Source: a bacterium | GTDB taxonomy: Bacteria; Patescibacteriota; Minisyncoccia; UBA6257; 2-01-FULL-56-20 | Direction: 5' to 3' | Length of the DNA: 64,000 bases | NCBI GenBank assembly: GCA_027310625.1 | Contig: DAIDAM010000003.1 | Span: 67,278 to 131,277, forward strand | Shown here: in pieces, positions 38,624 through 46,385 of the stretch | Layout: each line of letters starts with the position of its first letter | How positions within the stretch are numbered: position 1 is the stretch's first letter | Position numbers and translations under genes: made by a program | Notes under the pieces: generated by a model | Told to the model about the DNA's origin: nothing | Database searches by the model: none | The model's input: only the letters and a program-made list of their open reading frames with translations

Positions 38624-38878
38624 TTAGTCGTAAATGTCTTTGCGATGGCCAATGGCAAAAAATACCGCTTTATCGTCTCTAAAATAAAAAAGCGCCCGAT
38701 AGCGGCGTGTGATACGAAAAGAAAACACGCCGGGAAGTTCTTTGTTCCTTTTGGTGTGCAATCTTGGGTCGAGCCAATTTTTCTTGAAGATGTTTTCCTG
38801 CCGATTGAAAAGTTTCCTTATTTCCGAGGGTAATTTACCTAAATCACTGACAAAATCCGGTGTCTTATGGACAACCAT
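38624..38878 (-). CDS. RelE/ParE family toxin
   Basis: …FRITRRYRALFYFRDDKAVFFAIGHRKDIY fits the RelE/ParE C-terminal pattern. Confidence 0.7.
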   Translation of the reverse strand: MVVHKTPDFVSDLGKLPSEIRKLFNRQENIFKKNWLDPRLHTKRNKELPGVFSFRITRRYRALFYFRDDKAVFFAIGHRKDIYD

Positions 38879-38900
38879 TTTTGGTTTTTTAATGCCTGAC

Positions 38901-39089
38901 TCAGGAAGATTTTACGCTCTTGAGATAATTTTTCCTGATTTGAGAAGAGTTCTTATATTCTTTCAAACTTTCTTCAGGAATCAAAAGCAAAAACTTTCCG
39001 AGCTGGTCGCGGATAGCCCTGATTTCAACCAAAAGGTTCTTCAAGACAATGCCCTGCTCTCTATTTTCAGTTGTAGTTTTAGTGGTCAT
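38901..39089 (-). CDS. putative antitoxin for the downstream RelE/ParE toxin
   Basis: 62-aa ORF immediately upstream of the toxin. Confidence 0.4.
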   Translation of the reverse strand: MTTKTTTENREQGIVLKNLLVEIRAIRDQLGKFLLLIPEESLKEYKNSSQIRKNYLKSVKSS

Positions 39090-39184
39090 AGTGATATGGT
39101 AGCAAAACTACAAACGTACAGCAAGTTTTTCTGCTACCATTATATCACAATTGTTGCTTAATGGTAACGGGTAATTATTTGTGG

Positions 39185-39206
39185 CTTAGGAAGTCGGACT
39201 TCCTGA
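39185..39206. repeat. REP palindrome copy
   Basis: cttaggaagtcggacttcctga. Confidence 0.75.
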
Positions 39207-39209
39207 ATA

Positions 39210-39458
39210 TCATCTCGGATGTTTCATTATCGTTAAAATTCTGTAAGCGTCTTTCTCGATTGTAAAATAAAATCTATAGCTCCTGCTGATTCGCGCCTGC
39301 CAAACATTTTCTGCTTCATCGTATTTCTTGGCGCGTAGCGAGGGATGCATAAAATTCTTTGAAAGCAAGGAGAACTGCTTATCGGCTGCTTTCTGCAGAT
39401 TTTTGGGCAAGCCGTTGTAATCGCGAACAGCCCTTTCTGAAAAACTTAACCTCATCAT
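39210..39458 (-). CDS. RelE/ParE family toxin
   Basis: …WQARISRSYRFYFTIEKDAYRILTIMKHPR. Confidence 0.7.
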   Translation of the reverse strand: MMRLSFSERAVRDYNGLPKNLQKAADKQFSLLSKNFMHPSLRAKKYDEAENVWQARISRSYRFYFTIEKDAYRILTIMKHPR

Positions 39459-39472
39459 CGGCTGGAACTACT

Positions 39473-39694
39473 TTATTCAGCATCCAGTTTAGCCAATGAT
39501 TTCTTGAATTCCCTGACAGTTTTGAACGGGCCCGAAAAACGGCCGGCCGCGAAATCCGCCAGTCCTTCATTAATTGCTTTATTAATCAAATTTTGTCCCT
39601 TACTCGATATCTCTGCCTTTTTCGCCTTGAAAGCTCGGAGGGGGATTTTCACAATCAGATATTTCAAAGTTTTTTCTACCGTCACCTGCGGCAT
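39473..39694 (-). CDS. ParD/RHH-like antitoxin
   Basis: 73-aa ORF upstream of the toxin; C-terminal segment (…INEGLADFAAGRFSGP…) resembles ParD. Confidence 0.5.
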   Translation of the reverse strand: MPQVTVEKTLKYLIVKIPLRAFKAKKAEISSKGQNLINKAINEGLADFAAGRFSGPFKTVREFKKSLAKLDAE

Positions 39695-39745
39695 ATTTCA
39701 ATGTTAACAAGGACGCTGCTCTACGTCAACAATAATGCTTTATGG

Positions 39746-39767
39746 CTTAGGAAGTCGGACTTCCTTA
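39746..39767. repeat. REP palindrome copy
   Basis: cttaggaagtcggacttccttag. Confidence 0.75.
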
Positions 39768-39993
39768 GAGCGCTTCACTAGTTATGTTCCTTGAAATTAC
39801 GGTTTAGTCGGAGGCGGCGTGTTCACAATCGGAGCCGGAACGGGACCGGCAACCGGAGCGACCGCGGGATTCGGAGATGTTGATATCGCGAGCATTGGTA
39901 TTACGGAAGTTCCTCACGGAGTTGTCGGCGGCGGAACGTTGCCCCTGTGGCTGCCCAATCAGCTTTGTTAATAATATGTTGCAAAAGACCCTA

Positions 39994-41952
39994 TTATCTG
40001 TAGCACTGGTATATCACGTGCGTGGCTATATCTTGCGTGTTATATGACAACACGGCAGAAGAAAAACCAGACGGGCAGGAGCACCCCGACGTGAGCGGAT
40101 TGGCTCGCGTGCAACCGCCGCCCGTATTAGTTTCGTACAAGCCCCCGAAGCCGCCCTGTACGGACGTCGGCGGGTTGCTTGCGGAGTAAACTCGGTTGCC
40201 GGCGTCGTAAACTCCCGTTGATCCATTGATATTGCCTGTAACATCAAGTTTATATCCCGGCCCCGTCGTCCCGATGCCGACGTTGCCGTTATTATCTATC
40301 CAAAGTCGGCTAGTATACGTACCGGTTCCGCTCATTGCGTCAGTAGTGCCAATGGAAAAGCCGTATCCTGGCGATGCAGTTCTACCGTAAACAATTCTCA
40401 TGACTGCATCTGCACCGTACGCAAGATATCCCCAATTTCCTGTGTCTACTCCTGTGCCTCCGTAAACGATAATTCTCGCTTGCGTGTATGGGCTCGAGTC
40501 CGCGGGTGCGCTATTACGAATCAGCCCCAGCGAACCAGTAGTGGCGCTTTGAGCGCCTCCGACTGGACCAACATCTAATTTGTATTGCGGCCCCGTCGTC
40601 CCTATCCCGACGTTGCCGCCTTGGATAACTGTTTTTGTAGTGTTGGTTCCACCCATATACACAGGCACTGCTGGGCTAGTTGCTCCACTAGCAAAGTAAA
40701 ATCCGCCAGCATCAGCGCCCGCTAATATTTCGCTGTTAGCTCCTGTATATAGATAATTTCCGATTTTAACGTTTCCGTTCACTTCCAATTTCTGGCTCGG
40801 TCCCGTCGTCCCGATGCCGACGTTGCCGCCGTTTGTAATTGCAAACAACGTTGAGAATGTCCCATTTGACGTCGGGGCACGTCTAATATAGAAACTGTCA
40901 GGACCCGCACCTTCACCTAAGATGCCGCCCAAAGCCATGTGCCATGATGGCAGAGAAGTATTCGCAGTGTTCACATATAAACTTAGGTTGTTGTAATTAC
41001 TTACCGAGCCGGCATTTGTTGTTATCTCTGAATAAGAATTGTTATATCCTCGTAACCAAATAGTGTTATCGGCGCCGTTAATGCCAAAGTATGAGTTGCT
41101 ACCTCTTACATCTATAATCCCTGCAGGCCCTGTCGTCCCGATGCCGACGTTGCCGCCGTTTTTGAAGGTTATTGCGCCGCCATCGAATCGCAAATCGCCG
41201 CCGCTATTTTCAATCGAATATGCCTTTATGCCCGGCAAATCCAATGTAATGCGCGGACCACTACTATCAACTGCAAATATATTTGCATTGTACCAGGTAT
41301 CTTTTCCTCCCGCAGAAACATAACCGCTCGCTGAAACGTTCGCGGGAAAGCTGTAATTCCCTCCGCCGGTGTTCGCCCCGAAACTGCCCGCGGAGACGTT
41401 GGCGGCGCTGACACTGCCGGAGTAATTGGAGCCGGAGATTGTGCCGCCGGCGGTGATGCTTCCAGTAACGTAGACGTTGCCTCCCCCTTGCGCCGTGGTC
41501 GTTCCGACGGCAATGCCGTTCGCCTTGAGGTCAAGAGTGGTGAATATCGGTCCATTGACAAAGAGGGAGCCAACGGATGGAGCTACTCCCACGTTCGGAA
41601 TCGTGGTCGTTGAACCCGTCTGGTTGCTCGCGGTTATCGCGCCGCCGATGGAGACCGAACCGTCGCTTCTCACCGTGAATAAGGGGCCGGTGTTGAGGTT
41701 GAGAACTTTTATCGCGAAATAGCTCGAACCGGTGGAGGTGCCGACGATGAGAAGTTTCGTGTCCGATTGCGTCGTGGTCGTTCCTATGGAAAGGTTTTTT
41801 GAGGCGTCAAGACCTATCGCGCCCTGCCCGATGCCGGCGGACTGAGAGGGGCCGATGAAGTTTTGGGCACGCGCCGAAGGCGCGGCCAAGAAACTGGTGG
41901 AAACTGTGAAACTAATGGAAATTATTAGCAGAAATTTATGGAAATTTTTCAT
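39994..41952 (-). CDS. large secreted beta-helix/fibre-like protein with repeated GGNVGIGTTGP(x)KL(D/E)V motifs (tail-fibre-like)
   Basis: signal peptide; Gly/Thr/Asn-rich repeats; four copies of the NVGIGTTGP motif. Confidence 0.65.
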   Translation of the reverse strand: MKNFHKFLLIISISFTVSTSFLAAPSARAQNFIGPSQSAGIGQGAIGLDASKNLSIGTTTTQSDTKLLIVGTSTGSSYFAIKVLNLNTGPLFTVRSDGSVSIGGAITASNQTGSTTTIPNVGVAPSVGSLFVNGPIFTTLDLKANGIAVGTTTAQGGGNVYVTGSITAGGTISGSNYSGSVSAANVSAGSFGANTGGGNYSFPANVSASGYVSAGGKDTWYNANIFAVDSSGPRITLDLPGIKAYSIENSGGDLRFDGGAITFKNGGNVGIGTTGPAGIIDVRGSNSYFGINGADNTIWLRGYNNSYSEITTNAGSVSNYNNLSLYVNTANTSLPSWHMALGGILGEGAGPDSFYIRRAPTSNGTFSTLFAITNGGNVGIGTTGPSQKLEVNGNVKIGNYLYTGANSEILAGADAGGFYFASGATSPAVPVYMGGTNTTKTVIQGGNVGIGTTGPQYKLDVGPVGGAQSATTGSLGLIRNSAPADSSPYTQARIIVYGGTGVDTGNWGYLAYGADAVMRIVYGRTASPGYGFSIGTTDAMSGTGTYTSRLWIDNNGNVGIGTTGPGYKLDVTGNINGSTGVYDAGNRVYSASNPPTSVQGGFGGLYETNTGGGCTRANPLTSGCSCPSGFSSAVLSYNTQDIATHVIYQCYR

Positions 41953-41971
41953 TTTAGTTTCTAAAAGTTTC

Positions 41972-42415
41972 TTAGTTTCTACGAGTTTCCTTATCCTTTA
42001 TTACCCTATAGGTTGACGATATAAAGTTCTGTAATTTCAGCGACGCCTTTTCGGCAATCACCTTATATTCGGAGTAAGATTTCTTGTCGGCAATTTTGTT
42101 TCTTTCATTCATAAGCTCAAGCCAATAATCATTTGCCTCCATTAAAGAACCGCGGGCATTGTAAAAAAACTTTATCTTGTCCAAGTAATGAAATCTTCCA
42201 TAACCCTCCGCCACATTAGCACCGAAAGAATCTGTTGCTGTAATAAATTGGTCACCCATCGTTTTTTTATCCTGCCAATTTAATCTCTCGTATATTTTCC
42301 ATCCAACCTTTGATAATTCTCTGGCTAATTTATAAATTTCCAAATCCTGTAACTTGATGTAATTCCTTTTAGTTTCCACGAGTTTCTTAGTTTCAATCAG
42401 TATCCTAATTTCCAT
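41972..42415 (-). CDS. four-helix-bundle protein (TIGR02436-type, associated with 23S rRNA intervening sequences)
   Basis: …FGANVAEGYGRF…LMEANDYWLEL…; flanked by GTTTCTTAGTTTC direct repeats. Confidence 0.8.
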   Translation of the reverse strand: MEIRILIETKKLVETKRNYIKLQDLEIYKLARELSKVGWKIYERLNWQDKKTMGDQFITATDSFGANVAEGYGRFHYLDKIKFFYNARGSLMEANDYWLELMNERNKIADKKSYSEYKVIAEKASLKLQNFISSTYRVIKDKETRRN

Positions 42416-42463
42416 CAGTTTCCATCAGTATCTATCAGTATCTATAAGTTTCTATGAGTATTT

Positions 42464-42637
42464 TTTACGTAGACCGACTTTCTTTTCCAGACGCTCAACC
42501 CTCTCTTGAATACCCTTAAATTTACCGGCAAGCTTCACGATTTCGCTCTTCCTAGCCAATTGCCGGTCTAATTCCCGCGCCGCCTCCCTAAACTTGCGCA
42601 TTCTTTTTCTAAAAGCGGCATCGAACATTAAGATAGA
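42464..42637 (-). CDS. small coiled-coil protein (57 aa) ending …RVERLEKKVGL; paralogue of 42641-42901 and 43668-44000
   Basis: shared C-terminal peptide and a shared 3'-proximal DNA motif CCGACTTTCTTTTCCA. Confidence 0.35.
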
Positions 42638-42640
42638 AAT

Positions 42641-42901
42641 TTAAATTTTCTTTTCAATCCCGACGATTCGCTGTGACAGGTCGCCGACCTCAGATTTTAA
42701 CGCATCAAAATCATGCCGCTTGACTTCAATCCCCTTAATTGCATCCAGTAAGTGTTCTTCTGTTTCTTGGAGATCTTTTTTTGTTGCGAAGTTCTTTAGC
42801 TGCTTTTCAATGTTTGCAAAGCGTTCATCAACGCCCAGAAAACCGCGCTGCGTCATTTGGGCAAGTTCATCAAGCGTCATTATTTGTTTCGCCTTGGTCA
42901 T
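42641..42901 (-). CDS. small coiled-coil protein (MTKAKQIMTLDELAQMTQ…); paralogue family; the longer 42641..43102 ORF is probably over-extended
   Basis: similarity to 43668-44000 (MTKAKPKMTLEKLAAMSQ…). Confidence 0.4.
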   Translation of the reverse strand: MTKAKQIMTLDELAQMTQRGFLGVDERFANIEKQLKNFATKKDLQETEEHLLDAIKGIEVKRHDFDALKSEVGDLSQRIVGIEKKI

Positions 42902-42950
42902 TTTTTCAAGTATATCGTCAAGGCTGTCTTCGACGCGCCGCAACCGAGCT

Positions 42951-43418
42951 TCAGCGAGGGGGCTGGCCTGACGGTCCCCTAAAAGTGCTTGTCGCTTGCT
43001 GTTGTTGCTGGTTGCCGGTCGCCGGCTGCTGCTGGACGGACGAAGGATTCTCAATCGCTTTTGCGAGCTGGCTGTCGCTTCTGATGCGCGACCACCAGAC
43101 AATTTCCTTGCTGTTGAGGTTCAGTTCGTCCATCGGACCCCAGAACGCTTTGTTGAATTGCCCAACGCCGAGCTGCTGCTGATTATTTTGGTCAACGGTT
43201 CTCTGCAAAACCCAGACATTGGTCAGGCGCGGAGCCGGAAACCAGGAAAGTTTGCCGAAATACATATCGCCGTTCGAGAGAAGAACTGCCGAATACGGCG
43301 AAGGACCTGCCGTTCCTCCGCCTCTCAAAACCGAACCGAGCCAAACTCCGAGCGCCACCAAAACGACGACGGCAACAACTAAAAGGACTACGCCTGTGAT
43401 TATTGTTTTTCTGGACAT
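42951..43418 (-). CDS. membrane-anchored hypothetical protein with a Q-rich tail
   Basis: N-terminal TM helix. Confidence 0.45.
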   Translation of the reverse strand: MSRKTIITGVVLLVVAVVVLVALGVWLGSVLRGGGTAGPSPYSAVLLSNGDMYFGKLSWFPAPRLTNVWVLQRTVDQNNQQQLGVGQFNKAFWGPMDELNLNSKEIVWWSRIRSDSQLAKAIENPSSVQQQPATGNQQQQQATSTFRGPSGQPPR

Positions 43419-43440
43419 TATTTTTTGATTTGTTTTTATT

Positions 43441-43671
43441 TTATTTGTAGATGCCGACTTTTTCTACTAAAAATTTCTTCGGAAAAACTTCCCGCTCAAT
43501 TAAGCCGCGTTTTTTAAGAAACAAGGTTACGGGTTTTGAGCATTTACCGCACAAAGAAATTCTATTAAGGCCGCGCTCAAAATGCAAAATCTCGTTTCTG
43601 TCTTTTATTCTCTTTTTGCAAACATCACAAGTAAAAATAATCATAGCATTAGTCAATATAACGAAAGTCAA
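43441..43671 (-). CDS. small zinc-ribbon protein (CDVC…CGKC)
   Basis: two CxxC pairs. Confidence 0.4.
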   Translation of the reverse strand: MTFVILTNAMIIFTCDVCKKRIKDRNEILHFERGLNRISLCGKCSKPVTLFLKKRGLIEREVFPKKFLVEKVGIYK

Positions 43672-44000
43672 TGAGGAAGGCCGACTTTCTTTTCCAACCG
43701 CTCAACTCTGCTTCTCAAGTCGTGGATTTCAATGACATCTTTCTGGATATCGTTAAGCTTATCCATAACGGCTTTCATCCCGGAACTCAAGGCACCGAAA
43801 CCGGCTTCCACGTCGCGACGCAGGAGATGCATTTCCTCTTTCATACCAGCCATTTCTCCTTTCATGCCGCTCATCTCGTCACGAATCTGCAAGAACTGCC
43901 TCTGGCTCATCGCCGCCAATTTCTCAAGCGTCATTTTGGGTTTCGCTTTCGTCATAAGTTTCTCAGTTTCATGGTTTCTATGAATTTCCATCAGTTTCAA
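43668..44000 (-). CDS. small coiled-coil protein of the paralogue family (…RSRVERLEKKVGLPH)
   Basis: paralogy as above. Confidence 0.45.
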   Translation of the reverse strand: MKLMEIHRNHETEKLMTKAKPKMTLEKLAAMSQRQFLQIRDEMSGMKGEMAGMKEEMHLLRRDVEAGFGALSSGMKAVMDKLNDIQKDVIEIHDLRSRVERLEKKVGLPH

Positions 44001-44063
44001 CTAGTTTCAGCATGAAATTTGCAGATACTTGCTTCGCGATATTGATTGATATCTTTATTGTTA

Positions 44064-44621
44064 TTATTTCGGCACCACGACTACGTAACCAACCGGACCT
44101 TTAGCCGGACCGCCGCAGGATTTGCAGTAGAAGGTGTACTTGCCGGCAGCCGTCACCTGGAATTCAACAAGCGCAGCCACGCCTTTAGGAAGCTGCTTGC
44201 TCAATCCGTAATCCGGCTGATAGAAATCGTAATCCTTGTCTTTGGCGGTGATGTTCAAACGAACCGTGTCGCCGATGTAGGCGATGACATTACTCGGACT
44301 AAACTCATTACTGGAGACGCTCAAAGAGAAGCTGCGGAAGTTTGACACACTCCCCGGGGCGGCCTGCGCAACTATAGCGGGCTTAGCCACATCGCCTGAG
44401 ACGGTTGAGGTTGCTCCCGGAACGACCGTATTGGGACTGACGGGCTGAACGGTGGCTGATTTTTGTTGAGCCGCTTGCGGTACCGCTGCCGGACCCTGAG
44501 AGACCCCGCCTCTTTGCGAACCTAACCTCGTTCTCCCGCCAAAATACAACGCAGCAAGAACAACTACTACGACCGCGACCCCCGCCCAAATTATTAATTT
44601 TTTGTTGTTTGTCCAATCCAT
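44064..44621 (-). CDS. membrane-anchored cupredoxin-fold-like protein lacking the canonical Cu ligands
   Basis: N-terminal TM; C-terminal …KYTFYCKSCGGPAKGPVGYVVVV resembling plastocyanin-like strands. Confidence 0.45.
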   Translation of the reverse strand: MDWTNNKKLIIWAGVAVVVVVLAALYFGGRTRLGSQRGGVSQGPAAVPQAAQQKSATVQPVSPNTVVPGATSTVSGDVAKPAIVAQAAPGSVSNFRSFSLSVSSNEFSPSNVIAYIGDTVRLNITAKDKDYDFYQPDYGLSKQLPKGVAALVEFQVTAAGKYTFYCKSCGGPAKGPVGYVVVVPK

Positions 44622-44744
44622 ATTTTAATTTTTTTATAAGCCCGTTATGCGAACCTTTAAGGGTAATTTTACAATATGGAGCGGGAAAGAGATAAAGGGA
44701 GTTATTCACAACCGCCGAAGAACTTAGAACTTGGAGCTTGGAGC

Positions 44745-45170
44745 TTAGGGCTTGGAATTCGGTGTTTTTTTATGGAGCTTGGCGCGGAGAGCTTGAATTT
44801 GTCTCATCAAAACAAGATAGCGGTTTCGCAAATTGTCATGTTCCTGTTCTGTGACATACTCTAATTTAAATGCCAAAGTAAGCGCGGTCAGCACTTCGTT
44901 AATCGAAGTTGCCGCCATCATAAGAAAATGCAGAAACTCTCTTGTTCCCCTCCCGCTTCCCTCCGCTATGTTGAAAGACACAGAAGATGCGGCTCTTCGC
45001 AGTTGGCTCGTCAACCCAAAAAGTTCGCCTTTCGGAAATTTCGAAGTAGTTTTATAAACCTCCAGCGCCAATTCCATACTTTCTTGCCAAATTCGCAATT
45101 TTTCATAATTTGGAGCAGAGTCCTTTAGACTCAAGCTTGGGTCTTGGTTCTTGGAACTTAGTTCACTCAT
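44745..45170 (-). CDS. four-helix-bundle protein (TIGR02436-type)
   Basis: LRIWQESMELALEVYK…NIAEGSGRGTREFLHFLMMAATSINEV; flanked by CTTGGAA-type heptamer repeats. Confidence 0.8.
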   Translation of the reverse strand: MSELSSKNQDPSLSLKDSAPNYEKLRIWQESMELALEVYKTTSKFPKGELFGLTSQLRRAASSVSFNIAEGSGRGTREFLHFLMMAATSINEVLTALTLAFKLEYVTEQEHDNLRNRYLVLMRQIQALRAKLHKKTPNSKP

Positions 45171-45271
45171 TATTTAATTATTTAATTTTTAGTGTTGCAT
45201 TTGGACAAGTTTCAACTTCAAAAACAAATTTCCAAGTTCCAAGCTCTAAGTTCCAAGTTCCAAGCTCCGCT

Positions 45272-46123
45272 TCAGTAAATCGTTCTCCAAGAGTAAGCGT
45301 TGGATGAGTCCTTGGCGCAAACCGTTACGGCATCTTTTGTTCCGGAAGCCGACTGCGTGACCCAGAAGGCACCCCTTTGCGAGGTGTCGCAAGTCGGCTG
45401 AGCGACCGTAGTATTGAGCCGCAAGCCGCCGTTCACCTCCAGAGTTTGTCCGGGACTGGAAACGCCGATGCCCACGTTCGAACCGCTGAAGTAAATTATG
45501 TCGTTTATTGACTGCCATATTTGCGACGAAGCGCCGATTTTGTAGGTGTTGGAAGTCGCGGGGACGACGTTGGAGTCAAAGGTTGCCGCGCCCACGCGCG
45601 CGACAGAAATGCTGAGCGACTGGAGGAACGACTGCTTAATATTCGTCGCGTTGTAGGACATCGTGAAATTGACGTTCACGCTGTCACGCCCGCCGGGGTT
45701 CACGCGCTTCGTGAAAGAAAGGTCGGAGACAATCACTTTGTTTGACGTCAGCGGCTGTTCCGTTCCGCTGTCGGTTTGCTTGAGATAAACCGTTCCGCCA
45801 GTCATATAAATGTATGTCGGGTCAACTGTGGAGGAAGACATCCGGAGTTTTAGTGTCGTTGACGCGGCGTCCGAAGCCATTTCAATCAGCGCCGAGGAAT
45901 TGACGTAGTATTGTATCGTGTCCAAAAGAAGCTGGCTTTGCTGGTTGACTTCGGCAGCGGCGTTTTGCCTCGTCTGCACCTGCACGGAGGAAACAAGCAG
46001 CGTGAGAAAAGTAATCGCGACGATGGAAAAAATGGCGGAGAAAATCAGGAGCTCAATGATGGTGAATCCGCGGGCAGAACTTAGGACTTGGAACTTGGAA
46101 CTTAGCGAATTTCTGAAGTGCAT
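45272..46123 (-). CDS. type IV pilin-like protein (prepilin N-terminal methylation motif GFTIIELLI) with a C-terminal NVGIGVSSPGQTLEV motif shared with the 39994-41952 protein
   Basis: class III signal peptide; shared fibre motif. Confidence 0.65.
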   Translation of the reverse strand: MHFRNSLSSKFQVLSSARGFTIIELLIFSAIFSIVAITFLTLLVSSVQVQTRQNAAAEVNQQSQLLLDTIQYYVNSSALIEMASDAASTTLKLRMSSSTVDPTYIYMTGGTVYLKQTDSGTEQPLTSNKVIVSDLSFTKRVNPGGRDSVNVNFTMSYNATNIKQSFLQSLSISVARVGAATFDSNVVPATSNTYKIGASSQIWQSINDIIYFSGSNVGIGVSSPGQTLEVNGGLRLNTTVAQPTCDTSQRGAFWVTQSASGTKDAVTVCAKDSSNAYSWRTIY

Positions 46124-46191
46124 TTGCGCTTAATTATAACAAAATGTGGTTTGAAAATATGCTTCTCAAGATGTAACATAACAAAATCTTT

Positions 46192-46384
46192 GGCCCCATC
46201 GTCTAACGGTCAGGACATCGGCTTTTTTCACCCCGCACCAAATCCTAGGGCCCTGTCGTCTAGTCTGGTCTAGGACACGAGCTTTTCAAGCTCGGTACAC
46301 GGGTTCGAATCCCGTCGGGGCTGCACAAAATTTGGTGCGGGGCAAGAGCCGGTAACCGGGGTTCGACTCCCCGTGGGGCTGCCA
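46192..46384 (+). tRNA. interrupted tRNA-like gene. 5' part at 46192-46230; 3' part at 46343-46384 (T-arm TTCGACT, acceptor, G73, CCA encoded). A ~112-nt insert lies in the anticodon loop. D-arm is Glu/Gln-like; anticodon unresolved.
   Basis: acceptor ggcccca/tggggct, D-stem gtc/gac, anticodon stem tcggc/gccgg, T-stem cgggg/ccccg; insert contains a 9-bp helix ccccgcacc/ggtgcgggg. Confidence 0.5.
46249..46323 (+). tRNA. tRNA-Glu (anticodon TTC), complete, nested within the insert of the 46192-46384 tRNA-like gene
   Basis: cloverleaf closely parallel to E. coli tRNA-Glu (gtc tag…gac D-arm; stem cgagc/gctcg with loop ttttcaa; T-loop ttcgaat; G73). Confidence 0.7.
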
Positions 46385-46385
46385 A

